A stretch of DNA of 63,096 nt, the filler included, from Octopus bimaculoides (Eukaryota): NCBI RefSeq assembly GCF_001194135.2. It is 5 parts of 5 records of this genome, joined end to end, with 100 filler letters (N's around TTAATTAATTAA, not from the genome) between each part and the next. Parts side by side here need not be neighbours in the genome. Positions count along the whole stretch, not along the records: positions 14,064 to 45,764 come from NC_068986.1; positions 45,865 to 55,611 come from NW_026378945.1; 3 more parts are not named here. One strand, written 5' to 3'. This document shows positions 39,813 through 54,800 of this stretch, in pieces. Made by a program: the position numbers and the translations under genes. Position 1 is the first letter of the stretch, and each line of letters starts with the position of its first letter. The notes beneath the pieces are model-generated. The model searched no databases, had not been told where the DNA came from, and worked only from the letters and a program-made list of their open reading frames with translations.

Positions 39813-41634
39813 TGTATCTTTGTCCCTCCCTTATTCTTGCGTTAAGAAAGGCTTGCCTGCTGAAAACATACAGATTGCAATAACATTATTTCTGCTAATT
39901 TGGAATTATGTGGATGACTGCTGAAGAATGCGAGACAGGAATTGGTGGGGGAAGGGAGAGAAACATCTTNNNNNNNNNNNNNNNNNNNNNNNNNNNNNNN
40001 NNNNNNNNNNNNNNNNNNNNNNNNNNNNNNNNNNNNNNNNNNNNNNNNNNNNNNNNNNNNNNNNNNNNNNNNNNNNNNNNNNNNNNNNNNNNNNNNNNNN
40101 NNNNNNNNNNNNNNNNNNNNNNNNNNNNNNNNNNNNNNNNNNNNNNNNNNNNNNNNNNNNNNNNNNNNNNNNNNNNNNNNNNNNNNNNNNNNNNNNNNNN
40201 NNNNNNNNNNNNNNNNNNNNNNNNNNNNNNNNNNNNNNNNNNNNNNNNNNNNNNNNNNNNNNNNNNNNNNNNNNNNNNNNNNNNNNNNNNNNNNNNNNNN
40301 NNNNNNNNNNNNNNNNNNNNNNNNNNNNNNNNNNNNNNNNNNNNNNNNNNNNNNNNNNNNNNNNNNNNNNNNNNNNNNNNNNNNNNNNNNNNNNNNNNNN
40401 NNNNNNNNNNNNNNNNNNNNNNNNNNNNNNNNNNNNNNNNNNNNNNNNNNNNNNNNNNNNNNNNNNNNNNNNNNNNNNNNNNNNNNNNNNNNNNNNNNNN
40501 NNNNNNNNNNNNNNNNNNNNNNNNNNNNNNNNNNNNNNNNNNNNNNNNNNNNNNNNNNNNNNNNNNNNNNNNNNNNNNNNNNNNNNNNNNNNNNNNNNNN
40601 NNNNNNNNNNNNNNNNNNNNNNNNNNNNNNNNNNNNNNNNNNNNNNNNNNNNNNNNNNNNNNNNNNNNNNNNNNNNNNNNNNNNNNNNNNNNNNNNNNNN
40701 NNNNNNNNNNNNNNNNNNNNNNNNNNNNNNNNNNNNNNNNNNNNNNNNNNNNNNNNNNNNNNNNNNNNNNNNNNNNNNNNNNNNNNNNNNNNNNNNGTGA
40801 CAAAAAGTTTTCAGTACTCTCTTTATATGAGGTGAATATGATAATCTCCAGGATGGGATTGCTATTTAAGGGTTAATTGTGGTAGGTAGTTATTCGTCAG
40901 ATATGAATGTTATTTTTATTTTCTTTACACATCAGCGAAGAAAGAAAAAAAAAAAACAAAAAAAAAAGCTAACAAATAAATAAAATAGAGGAAACCAAGG
41001 ATGGATAGATCAACAGAACTCCCAAGAACATCTGGTTCCTTACAGTTCTGGTTCAGATCTACTAGTTTTTTTAAAAATTTTCTTTTTTCTTTTTTACTTT
41101 TTACTTTTTACTTTTTTCCCATCCCCACTCTTACCTTCCTTTCCTTTTAAAGGTCGCAATGCAGCTAAATTCGTTCCAGAAATTTCTAATTAAGAACATT
41201 TTCTTAGAATGTCATATCTTCTTAGCTCAGGGCAGAGGTTGTGTGAAGAGAAAAGCTGTGTTGTGGTAGTTAGAGAGTCGGAAATCACTCTAATACCACA
41301 TCACCGCCATCTCATATGCACTCACATACACACGCTGATGAAATGCTATATGATAGCAATATTAGCTGTTATGCCGATCTGTTTTAACACTCACTAAATC
41401 AAATATTAAACTGATGATAATGTGATATGAAGGAAGTCATGATGATTATTATTTGATAAGCTTAACCTTATTAAATGAACGAAGCTTTTCATAATGCATT
41501 CAGAAGGAACTTCAGATGAATCCTGATCCATCCTAGACAGTTTGATATATTGCATCATTATTATCATCTTTTTAATGTCCATTTTCCATGTTGGCATAGG
41601 AGGTCAGGCTGAATTTGTCCAGATGGAGGAAGCC

Positions 41635-41803
41635 AGTCGATTAGATTGACCCCAGTATGCAACTGGTACTTAATTTTATCTTCTCTGAAAGGATGAAAGG
41701 CAAAGTTGAGCTTGGCAGAATTTGCACTCAGAACGTAGCGGCAGACTAAATACCGCTAAGCATTTCGCCTGGCATGCTAATGATTGTGCCAGCACGTCAC
41801 CTT
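41635..41803 (-). mobile_element. Family-A SINE adjoining a long (AAT)n
   Basis: Reverse-complement head and core, with (AAT)n at 41806-41888. Confidence 0.85.
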
Positions 41804-41806
41804 GAC

Positions 41807-41875
<69 letters not shown>

Positions 41876-42780
41876 TATAATAATAATAAAAATCAGTTCT
41901 TTCTGTCAAAATGTGAAGAGACTGTGAGTGAAAGGCGTCAACTTGTATCAACAGCCAAACAACCCTACAACAAACAGTGTTGTCATTCAATATCCTTGAT
42001 ATAGTTTTTCTGACATTTTAAGTATGAAACTATCTGTTTATAAACCCATAAAGATCTTAGTGTAAGGTAATAGTGATCCTTAAATCTTTTCTTCTTTTAA
42101 AGGTGCTTGACAGATCAACTTTGTAGATGCAGTGGGGTGGGTTGGTGGTTTTGATTTGGATGGGATTAGGTGGGAGGCAGCAGAGGCCAAGATCAGGTGA
42201 CCACAGTATGTGGTATTGGTTTCCAAAGGGATTTTGTGTGTCTGTGTATTTGTGTGTGGGGAGGGTAAGGTTGATGTTGCCACCCCTCAACCCCTTTGTG
42301 AGTCTTTATAGAATAAAGTTCTTGTTGATTCAGGGAAAGAGTCTTATTCAACTCTCTAAATAAACACAAAACAGGTGTAAAACAGATGCATGGGCTATGA
42401 ATTACAACAGATGTATGGAGGCAATATAGGATTAACTCTCTCTCTTCCCAGGCTTTCACTTTGCTCTTGTTGCCTATGTGTTGTGGTGGTAGGTTAGGGT
42501 TGTGTTCTGTGTCCAAAGGATATTGTGGTTCTTGTAGTTATTACAATATTTATAGCTCACTGAACTAACGCTCATATTTTTCTCTCAACATTTTACAATG
42601 TTTTTCTTTCTTCACACACCAACCCTCCCCACTGCCTGTCAGTCTTCTTTATCAAATGGCAATAATTATAACGAGTATGCTTATGGTTTGAATGTGCTTA
42701 GCTCCATTCCTGTACATGGATCACACTTTCTGTTATTTACAAAGAGAAAAAAAAAATAAAATCTTATACAATAGGTGCAA

Positions 42781-43150
42781 GTATGGCTGTGTGGTTAAGA
42801 AGCTCACTTTGGAGCCTTGTGCTTTTGGGTTCAGTCCCACTGCATGGCACCTTGGGCAAGTATCTTCTGCTATAGTCACATGCTGACTAATGCCTTTTGA
42901 GTTAATTTGATAGATGGAAATTTCATGAAAACCCATTGTATATGTGTGTGTGTCTTTGTTTGCTCCCTACTCTGTTATTTGACAATTGGTGTTGGTTTGT
43001 TTATGCCCCTGTAACTTAGCAGTTTGGCAGAAGAGACTTACAGAATTAGTATCAGGCTTTAAAAATAAGTTCTGGGGTCAATTTGTTCAACTTAACCCTT
43101 GAAGGTGATGCCCCAGCATGGCCACAGTCAAATAACTGAAACCAGTAAAG
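42781..43150 (+). mobile_element. Family-B SINE
   Basis: Near full-length, diverged. Confidence 0.8.
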
Positions 43151-44543
43151 GGAGATAATTAGATATTGATTTCCAACATTGTCCCAATGTTATAAAATTT
43201 GGTGAGAGGATCCTGTTGATTAAACACCCTCAGTATTTTATTCTGTTGACATCTGGAAAAGTATAGGGTAAAATTGACCTTGGTAGGATTTGAAATCAGA
43301 ATGTGAAGAGACATTTTGGCTGCCGTCCCACTGATTTTGATTTTCTTATAATTTAATATTAATTTGTTCTGGATCAGATCTGAACTCTCAATTTCAAGCA
43401 ACTAAAGTTAGTATTTTAAAAAAGTATATATATATCTATATATATATTCTATTCTATCGATATTTTCTGTACCGATAGCCTTGCTTTTGTAAGAAGTTTT
43501 CTCCTTGTCCTATCACTTTAATGTTTGTGCCCGGTGGTATTTAACACCTCCCCTTGACAGTGATCCCCTGTGGTAGCTGTATCTTTCTTTTGTTAGTGTT
43601 TGTAAATGAGCCTTGCATTAATTTTGAATATGAGTTTCAGTTGCTCAACCAGTTGGGCTTCTTACACATTGAATTGTAGTGTAAGAGACTTGGTAGTAAC
43701 AATATAATAGTGTGTGGCAAGGTTGGGTCTTTGAATTCTGATGGTCTTTCTTACAGTTTTTATCTGCCCCATTTCACTCACAGCCTTGGCTTCACTTAAT
43801 ACTTAAGTAGAAAATCCTTGCCTAAAGTACCACACAGTGGGATTAATCCTGTAATCTCATGCGAGCATTGAAATAAGTCCAGAAGGCACCTGTGTGTGGT
43901 AACTTGATATGCTAGAAATAGCAGCCAATAACAGGGCAATAAAACTCACTGAGAACTTGACAGTACATCTCAGCTGGTCTAAGGGGAATATGAAAGTCAT
44001 ATAGACCTATAGGGCTGGTTTCCAGGATTCTGTGGTGTACATACTCCCCACTTGGATGGGATGCTGGTTCATTACAGGAATACACATTTTTGCTATCTGT
44101 GAGGGACTGGAGCAATGTGGAACACAACACATCACCCAGTCCAGGAATTGAAACCACAGTCTTATAGTCATGAGTCTAACACCCTTAACCACTAAGTCAC
44201 ACACACACACACCTCCACTTATTGGCGTATAACTCACTGAAAGTGTTCACTGAATAATTATAGAAAATAATGAATTATTCTAAGCAATGATATAAATGAA
44301 AAGTGAAGAAATATCAAATCTCTCCTCCTGAAATTAAGAAAATATATCATATCATGTGTCTGTTTTTTTCTGTGCTTGCACAAGTTGTTCAGGTTTTCTC
44401 CAACTCAGCATCTCACTACGCCTGTCATCATCTTCATGATGTTCAATTTCCTGCAGGTCAGCTTTCACCATTTCTTTACTCTTCTGCAGGTTCCTACCAC
44501 TTGGATTGCTTGACACTTCTTGACCTAACCATCATCTTCAATA

Positions 44544-44995
44544 CATCACATGTCCTAACTGTATTTTTGTTGTTTACTTTCACTTTCCTAACAGCATTTC
44601 TGTACATGGTTTGTGTGTGTGTCAGTTTGGGTGGAGGTGGGGATATTCAGTCATCTATACTAGTGGTTCTCAGCTGGGGTCCACATGACCCTTGTGGGGG
44701 CCCACATCAGATTTTGTCATTAAAATTTATGTGCAATTAATTGCTTACACTTCTACAACACAAAATATCCATGCATCACACGTCCTTACTGTATTTGTTG
44801 TTTACTTTCACTTTCCTGACAGCATTTCTGTACAAGGTTTCTGTGTGTGTTTGTTTGGGTGGAGGTGAGGATATACAGTCATCTATACCAGTGGTTCTCA
44901 GCTGGGGTCCACATGACCTGGGGGTGGGGGACATCAGATTTTCTTGTTAAAATTTATGTGCAATTAATTGCTTATACTTCTACAACACAAAATAT
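44544..44995. repeat. Tandem duplication, period ~228 bp, including the left half of the hAT element
   Basis: ATCTATAC-(T/C)AGTGGTTCTCAGCTGGGGTCCACATGACC at 44653 and 44881, with collinear flanks. Confidence 0.9.
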
Positions 44996-45128
44996 TTTAA
45001 CTTCTTTTTATACGGTTCCTAATAACATTTAATTAAGAAAATTTAGTAGGAGTTTTAAAACATCGAATGGCTATGAGGGCCCATCTGAGTAAAATGTGAA
45101 CCAAAGGGAGTCCGGTTGAGAAACAATG
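44889..45128 (+). mobile_element. Non-autonomous hAT (Charlie-like) element with perfect 8-bp TSD
   Basis: Ends CAGTGGTTCTCAGC ... GTTGAGAAACAATG. Flanking ATCTATAC at 44881-44888 and 45129-45136 (8-bp TSD typical of hAT). Confidence 0.85.
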
Positions 45129-45864
45129 ATCTATACCTACTGTATTTACTTATATATATGTCACACCCCTAATTTAGTATTAAATTTTAGTACAAATTTT
45201 TTTTCTTTTCTTATTCTTATTTCCTTGATGTCAGTTTTGCATCCCAGATTTAAAAAAAAAAAAAAAATTTTTTTTTTTTATTATACTCCAGTTAACAATC
45301 ATGTATAAAATAATGTAACTTATACATGCAGTGCAGTACTCTGTCAAAACCCCTCTCTGGGTGTCGATACTGTAGTGGTTTACACTTTGCTGAGAACTTC
45401 CCATGGTTGTCTGTATAGGAAGAGGGGCAGCTCTGGTGGTGCCCTATTCTAGCACAAACAAGGAATTTTCTTCCTAATTAGTTGTGCTATATCTCTTTAA
45501 CAAGTTTTTATACTTTTATGTTGATTTTTTTTTCTTTGATGGGGTGGGCTACCATGTTGTAGTGAAGCTTTCTGCTTCCTCACTTCACACTTTACCATCA
45601 GATTTTATTTCTCACTATTCTTTTATTTCATTTTACTTTATTTTTATTTAGTGAATTTCATCCTTTTTTATTTTTCTTATTTGTTGCTTAATTTCTTTGC
45701 CTGCTGGTCTCCCTCCCTCCCTCTCTCTCACCGAAGTTTGCTCCTGCCCTTCCTCTTCCTATTTNNNNNNNNNNNNNNNNNNNNNNNNNNNNNNNNNNNN
45801 NNNNNNNNTTAATTAATTAANNNNNNNNNNNNNNNNNNNNNNNNNNNNNNNNNNNNNNNNNNNN

Positions 45865-48800
45865 ACATTCGAACAAACGAAAGAACCAACTAACGAATGA
45901 ACGGACGTACGTACGAATGAAAGAACGTACGTACGTAAGTACAAACAAACAAATATACGTACCTACGTACGTACGTACGAACGAGCGATCGAACGAACGA
46001 AAGAACGAACGAACGTACGTATGTACATACGTACAAATGAATGAACGAACGAACGTACGTAAGTAAGTACGTAAGAAGAAACGAACGAACCAACCAACCA
46101 ACCAACGAACCAACCAACCAAGGAACGATCTTTCGTACGTACGAACGAAAGAACGAACTAACGAATGAACGGACGTACTTACGTACGTCCGAACGAACGA
46201 ACGAAGAACAAACGAAAGAACGAAGAAAGAACAAACGAAAGAACGAAGAACGAACGAACGAACGAACTTACGAACGAATGTTCGTACGTAAGAACGATCG
46301 AACGAACGAACGTTGGTAAGAACGAACGAACGTTCGTAAGAAAGAACGAAAGAATGAACGAACGAACATACGTACGTTCGGACGGACGATAGAACGAACG
46401 AACGTACGTATATAAGTCCATACATACGAACAAACGGAGGAACAAGCGAACGAACATATATACATACGAACGAATGAATCAACGAACGAAAGAACAAGCA
46501 AACGAACGTACGTATGTATGAACATTCGAACGAACGATCTTTCGTACATACACACGAACGATGGAACGAACGAAAGAACGAACTAACGAATGAACGGACG
46601 TACTTACGTACGTACGAAAGAACGTACGTACATAGGTACAAACGAACGAAGATAGGTACCTACGTACGTACGAACCAACGAACGAGCGATCGAACGAACG
46701 AAAGAACGAACGTACATACGTACGAACGAACTAACGAACGAACGTAGGTACGAACGAACGAACGAAGGAAAAAAACGGACGTACAAACGAATGAACAAAC
46801 GTACGTACTTACGTAAGTACGTACCAAAGATCGAACGAACGTACCTCATGTCCGTACGTACAAACGAACGTAATTACGTATGTACGTACGATCGAACCTT
46901 CATACGTACGTACAAACGAACGAACGAACGAACGAAGGAACTTACGTAAGTACGTATGTACGAACGATCGAACGAAGGTATGTACCTTGTGTCCGTAGGT
47001 ACAAACGAACGAACGAACGAACGTAAGTACATATGTACGAACGACCGAACGAACGAACGAACGTAAGTACATATGTACGAACGACCGAACGAACGAACGA
47101 AACTGTGTACGTACGTACAAACGAACTAATGAATGTACGTACGAACGAACAAACGTACTTTATGTCCGTACGTAAGAACGAACGACGGAATGAGAGTGCG
47201 TACGTACATACAAACGAACGAACGAATGTAGTACGTGCGTAAGAATGAATGAAGGTAAGTACGAACTAACGAACGAACGTATTTACGTAAGTACGAACCA
47301 ATGAACGAACGTACGTAAGTACGAACTTACGAACGAATGAACGAACGAACGGACGAACGCACGTAAGTACATACGAACGAAGGAACGAAAGAACGAACGA
47401 ACGTACGTAAGTAAGTACGTAAGAAGAAACGAACCAACGAACGAACCAACCAACGAACGAAAGGACGAACGTACGTATGTACGAGCGAAAGAACAAACGA
47501 ACGAACGTACGTCCGAACAAACGAATGATCGATCGAACGAACGTTTGTACGTACGTATGGACGCAGGAACGAACGTACGTCTGAAATAACGAATGAATGA
47601 ACGAACGAACGAAAGAATGAACGTACGTATGTACGATCGGATGAACGAACGTGCGTACGTAAGTATGCACGTGCGAACGAACGAACGAAAGGACGAACGT
47701 ACGTAGGAACATTCAAACGAACGATCTTTCGTACGTACGTACGAACGAAAGAACGAACTAACGAATGAACGGACGTACTTACGTACGTACGAACGAACGA
47801 ACTAACGAATGAACGGACGTACTTACGTACGTACGAACGAACGAAAGATCGTACGTAGGTACGTACGTAAGTACAAACGAACGAAGATACGTACCTACGT
47901 ACAAACGAACGAACGAACGATCGAACGAACTAACGTAGGTACGAAAGAACGTACGTTAGTAAGTACGTACTAACGAAGGAACGTACGTACAAACGAACGA
48001 ACNNNNNNNNNNNNNNNNNNNNNNNNNNNNNNNNNNNNNNNNNNNNNNNNNNNNNNNNNNNNNNNNNNNNNNNNNNNNNNNNNNNNNNNNNNNNNNNNNN
48101 NNNNNNNNNNNNNNNNNNNNNNNNNNNNNNNNNNNNNNNNNNNNNNNNNNNNNNNNNNNNNNNNNNNNNNNNNNNNNNNNNNNNNNNNNNNNNNNNNNNN
48201 NNNNNNNNNNNNNNNNNNNNNNNNNNNNNNNNNNNNNNNNNNNNNNNNNNNNNNNNNNNNNNNNNNNNNNNNNNNNNNNNNNNNNNNNNNNNNNNNNNNN
48301 NNNNNNNNNNNNNNNNNNNNNNNNNNNNNNNNNNNNNNNNNNNNNNNNNNNNNNNNNNNNNNNNNNNNNNNNNNNNNNNNNNNNNNNNNNNNNNNNNNNN
48401 NNNNNNNNNNNNNNNNNNNNNNNNNNNNNNNNNNNNNNNNNNNNNNNNNNNNNNNNNNNNNNNNNNNNNNNNNNNNNNNNNNNNNNNNNNNNNNNNNNNN
48501 NNNNNCGAATGAATGAACGAACGAACGAAAGAATGAACGTACGTATGTACGATCGGATGAACGAACGTGCGTACGTAAGTATGCACGTGCGAACGAACGA
48601 ACGAAAGGACGAACGTACGTAGGAACATTCAAACGAACGATCTTTCGTACGTACGTACGAACGAAGAAACGAACGTACGAAGGAACGTAAGAACGAACGA
48701 AATAACGAACGAAAGAACGATCGAACGAACAAACGTACGTACGTTCGGACGGACGGAAGAACGAACGAACGTACGTACATAAGTCCATACGTACGAATGA

Positions 48801-51800
48801 ACGGAGGAACACACGAACGAACGTATGTACATGCGAACGAACTTACGTACGTACAAAAGAGTGAACGAACGAAAGTGCGTACATACGTACAAACGAACGT
48901 ACGTACGAACTAACGAACGAACGTACGTGCGAACGAACGAACGTACGTACTTACCTAAGTACGTACGTACGAACGAAGGAACGTACCTTATGTCCGTACG
49001 TACAAACGAACGAACAAACGAACGAACGTACGTCCGTATTACGAACGATCTAACCTGCGTACGTACGTGCAAACGAACGAACGAAGAAATGAACGAACGT
49101 ACGTAAGTACGAACCTACGAATGAATGAACGATCGAACGAACGAACTGAGATACGTACCTACCTACGTACGTACGAACGAACGTAAGAACGTACGAACGA
49201 ACAAATGTACGTACGAACGAACAAATGTACGTACGAATTTACGTAAGTACGTACGTACGAACGATCGAAGGAAGGAACGTACCTTGTGTCCGTACGTACA
49301 AACGAACGAACAAACGAATGTACGTATGTACGAACGACCAAACGAAAGAACGAACGAATCTGCGTACGCACGTACAAACGAACGAACGAATGTACGTACG
49401 TACGAACGAATGAACGAACGTACATAAGTACGAAATTACGAAAGAATGTACGTAGGTACGTACGTATGAACCAACGATCGAACGAACGAACGAACGAAAG
49501 TACATACGTACGTACGTACGCACGAACTAACGAACGAATGTACGAAAGAACGAATGAATGAACAAACGTACGCACGTACGTACGAACGAACGAATGATCG
49601 AACGTACGTACGTAAGTCCGAACGATCGAACGAACGAACGTACCTTATGTCCGTACGTTAGAACGAACGAAAGTGCGTACGTACGTACAAACGAACGAAC
49701 GTACGTACAACCGAACTAACGATCGAACGAAGGTACCTTATGTCCGTACGTACAAACGAACGAACGAACGAAAAAACGAACAAAGATACGTACCTACGAA
49801 CCAACGAACGAAAGAACGAACGTACATCCGTACGTACGTACGAACGTAGGTACGAACGAACGAACGTACATACGTAAGTACGTACGTATGTACGAACGAA
49901 CCTGCGTACGTACGTACAAACGAACGAACGAATATACGTACGTACGAACAAACGAACGAATATACGTACGTACGAACAAACGAACGAACGAACGAAAGCA
50001 CGAACAAACGAACGAACGGACGACCGAATGAACGAAGGTACGTAAGTTCGAACTTACGAACGAACGAACTCAAATACGTACTTACGAACGAACGGACGAC
50101 CGAACGTAAGAATATACGAACGAACGAACGAACGTAAGTACGAACGAACTAATGAACGAGTGTACAAAAGAACGAACGCACGAGCGTACAAACGAACGAA
50201 CGTAAGTACGTACGAACGAACGAACGTACGTACGCTCGAACGAATGAATGAATGAATGAACGTACGTAAGAACGAAAGAAAGAACAAACGAACGAACGAC
50301 CGACGAACGAAACGAAGGACGAACGTACGTGCGTACGAACGAACGAACGTACGTATGTACGTAGACACGAAATATCGAACGAACGTACGTACGTCCGAAC
50401 GACCGAACGAAAGAATGAATGAAATAACTAACGAAAGAACGAAAGTTTGCACGTAAGAACGATCGAACGAACGAACGAACGTTTGGACGGGCGATAGAAC
50501 GAACGAACGTATGTACATAAGTCCATACGTACGAACAAACGAACGAACGTACGTACGTACAAACGAGCGAACTAACGAAATGAACGAATGAATGAACTAA
50601 CGAACGAAAGAACAAGCAAACGAACGTACGTATGTACGTACGTACGAACATTCGAACGATCGATCTTTCGTACATACACACGATGGAACGATCGAACGAA
50701 TGAACGGACGTACTTACGTAAGTACAAACGAACAAAGATACGTACCTACGAACCAACGAACGAGCGATCGAACGAACGAACGTACATACGTACATACGAA
50801 CGAACGAACGTAGGTACGTAAGTACATACGAACGATCGAATGAAAGAACGAACAAACGAACGTAATTACGTATGTACGAACGATCGAACCTTCGTACTAC
50901 GTACAAACGAACGAATGAACGAACGTAAGTACGTACGAATGATCGAACGATCGAACGAAGGTACGTATCTTGTGTCCGTAGGTACAAAGGAACGAACGAA
51001 CGAATAAACGAACGAACGTATGTACGATCGACCGAACGAACGAAACTGCGTAAGTACGTACAAACGAACTAATGAATGTACGTACGAACGAACGTACCTT
51101 ATGTCCGTACGTAAGAACGAAGGAACAAAAGTGCGTACGAACGACGGAACGAGAGTGCGGACGTACATACAAACGAACGAACGAATGTATGTACGTAAGA
51201 ACGAACGAACGAATGAAGGTACGTACGTACGTACAAACGAACGATCGAACGGACGTACGAACTAACGAACGAACGTACGTACGTATTTACGTAAGTACTT
51301 ACGTACGAACGATCGAACGCATGAACGTACCTTATGTCCGTACGTACGTACGAACGAACGAAAGAATGAACGACCGAACGAACAAACAAACGAACGAAAG
51401 AAGGTACGTACATACGAACAAACGAAAGAACCAACTAACGAATGAACGGACGGACGTACGTACAAACGAATGAAGATATGTACCAACGTACGTACGAACG
51501 AACGAGCGATCGAACGAAAGAACGAACGCACATACGTAGGTACGTATGAACGAACGAATGAACGTACGTACGTAAGAAGAAACGACCCAACCAACGAACG
51601 AAAGGACGAACGTACGTATGTACTAGCGAAAGAAGGAACGAACGTACGTACGAACGAAATAACGAATGAATGAACGAACGAAAGAACGAACGTTCGAAGG
51701 TAAGAACGAACGAACGATGGAACGAACGTTCGTACGTAGGAACGATCGAACGAACGAGCGAAATTCCCTACGTACGTACGAACAAACGTACGCACGGATG

Positions 51801-54800
51801 GATGAAAGAACGAACGTACGTCTATACGTACGAACGAACGAACAAACGAAAGAATGAACGTACGTATGTACGAACGAACGGATGAACGAACGTGCGTACG
51901 TAAGTAAGTACGTTCGAACGAACAAACGAACGAACGAAAGAACGAACGTACGTAGGAGCATTCGAACGAACGATGGAACGAACTAACGAACGTACTCACG
52001 TACGTACGAACGAACGAAAGATCGTACGTAGGTACGTACGTAAGTTCAAGCGAACGAAGATACGTACCTACGTACAAACGAACGAGCGATCGAACGAACG
52101 TACATACGTACGTCCGTAGGTACGAACGAACGAAAGAACGTACGTTAGTAAGTACGAACGAACGAACGTACGATCGAACAAACGAAGGTACGTACGTACT
52201 TACGTAAATACATACGTACGAACGATCGAACGAAGGAACGTACCTTATGTACGTACGTACAAACGAACGAACGAACGGTCGTACGTACGTATTACGAACG
52301 ATCGAACCTTCGTACGTGCGTACAAACAAACGATCTAATGTACGTACGTAAGTACGAACGAATGAACTCAGACGCGGACCTACGTACGTGCGAACGAACG
52401 TAAGAACATACGAACGAACGTAAGAACATACGAACGAATTAACGAACGTAAGTACGAAGGAACGAACGAATGAGCGCACAAAAGAACGTACGAACGAATG
52501 AACGAACGTACGTAAGTACGAACTTACGAACGATCTTTCGTACATACACACGAACGATGGAACGAACGAACGAACAAACTAACGAGTGAACGTACGTACG
52601 AACGAACGAAAGAACGTACGTACGTACGTACGTACGAACGAAAGTACACACGTACGTACGCACGAAAGAACGAACGAACGAAAGAACGAATGAATGAACG
52701 AATGATCGAACGACCGAACGAATGAACGTACCTTAAGTCCGTGCGTAAGAACGAACGAACGACCGAACGAAAGTGCGTACGTACGTACAAACGAACGAAT
52801 GTACGTACATACGTACGTACGAACAAATGAACGAATGGACGTACACACGAACGAACGGACGAACGAACGTACGTACGTAAGAACTAACAAACGAACGTAC
52901 GTGCAAACGTAGGCATGAACGAACGATCGAACGAACGTACGTACTTACGTAAGTACGTACGTACGAACGATCGAACGAAGGAACGTACCTTATGTCCGTA
53001 CGTACAAACAAACGAACGAACGTACGTCGGTATTACGAACGATCGAACCAGCGTACGTACGTGCAAACGAACGAACGAATGTACGTACGTACGTGCGTAC
53101 AAACGGACGAACAAATGAATGAACGTACGTAAGTGAGAACTTACGAACGAATGAACGAACGAACTCAGATACGTACCTACGTACGTACGAACGAACGGAA
53201 GTACGAAGGAAAGAACGAACGAACGAACGAGCGCACAAAAGAAAAAAAACGTACGTACAAACGAACGAACGATCGAATGAACGAGCGTACGTACTTACGT
53301 AATTACATACGTACGAACGATCGAATGAAGGAACGTACGAACTTACGAACGAAAGAACATACGTACGTACATAAGTACGAACGAAGGTACGTACGTACGC
53401 ACGAACGAACAAACTAACGAACGAATGTACGAAAGACCGAAAGAACGAATGAATGAACGAACGTACGCACGAACGAATGATCGAACGACCGAACGTACGT
53501 ACGTATTTACGTAAGTACGAACGATCGAACGAACGAACGTACCTTATGTCCGTGCATAAGAACGAACTTACGAACGAAAGTGCGTACGTACGTACAAACG
53601 AACGAACGTATGTATTTACGTAAGTACGTACGTATGAACGATCGAACGAACGAACTCAGATACGTACCTACGTACGTACGAGCGAACAAACGAGCGAACG
53701 TAAGAAAGAAGGAACGAACGAACTTAAGTACGAACGATCGATCGAAGGAATGTACCTTGTGTCCGTACGTACAAACGAACGAAAGAACGAACAATCGAAC
53801 GAACGCACGTACGTACTTACGTAAGTACGTACGAACGATCGAACGAAGGAACGTACCTTGTGTCCGTATGTACAAACGAACGAACGAAAGAACGAACAAA
53901 CGAACGTACGTACCTATGTACGAACGACCAAACGAACGAACGAACGAACCTGCGTACGTACGTACAAACGAACGAACGGACGAATGTACGTAAGTACGAA
54001 CTTACGAACGAATGAACGATCGAATGTACGAACTCAAATACGTACGTACGAACGAACAAACGAACGCACGTCCGAACGTACGTGCGCACGAATGAACGAA
54101 CGAATGAATGAACGTACGTACGTAAGAACGAAAGAAAGAACAAACGAACGAACGAAAAGATGGACGAACGTACGTACGTACGAACGAACGAACGTATGTA
54201 TTTACGTAAGTACGTACGTATGAACGATCGAACGAACGAACTCAGATACGTACCTACGTACGTACGAACGAACAAACGAACGAACGTAAGAAAGAAGGAA
54301 CGAACGAACGAACGAGCGCACAAAAGAACGTACGAACGAAAAAAACTTACGTACAAATGAACGAACGAACGTAAGTACGAACGATCGATCGAAGGAATGT
54401 ACCTTGTGTCCGTACGTACAAACGAACGAACGTACATACGTACGTATATACGTAGACACGAAATATCAAACGAACGTACATACGTCCGAAAGACCGAACG
54501 AAGAACAAACTTACGAACGAACGAACGTAGGTACGAACGAACGAACGTAAGTACGAACGAACGAAGGAATGAACGAACGAGCGTACAAAAGAACGAACCA
54601 ACGAAAACACGAACGAACAAATGAACGAACGAAAGAGAGAACAAACGAACGAACGAACGTACGTAATTACGTACGTACGAACGAACGAGCGTACCTTATG
54701 TCCGTACGTACAAACGACCGAACGAAAGAACGAACGTAAGTACTACGAACGAACGAACGAACGTTCGAACTTACGTAAGTACGTACGTACGAACGAAGGT

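Noticed and set aside
29530-42110. Other AG|GT juxtapositions after pyrimidine tracts (e.g. ~29550 TTAG|GTGGGA, ~41152 AAAG|GTCGCA, ~42102 AAAG|GTGCTT) as recursive sites
   Set aside because: The regenerated donors are poor matches to GTRAGT.
47590-48665. 160-bp identical repeat (47590-47749 = 48506-48665) as a separate ~916-bp period
   Set aside because: The second copy starts exactly at a gap edge and is 100% identical while other array copies are diverged. Likely an assembly effect, so not used as HOR evidence.
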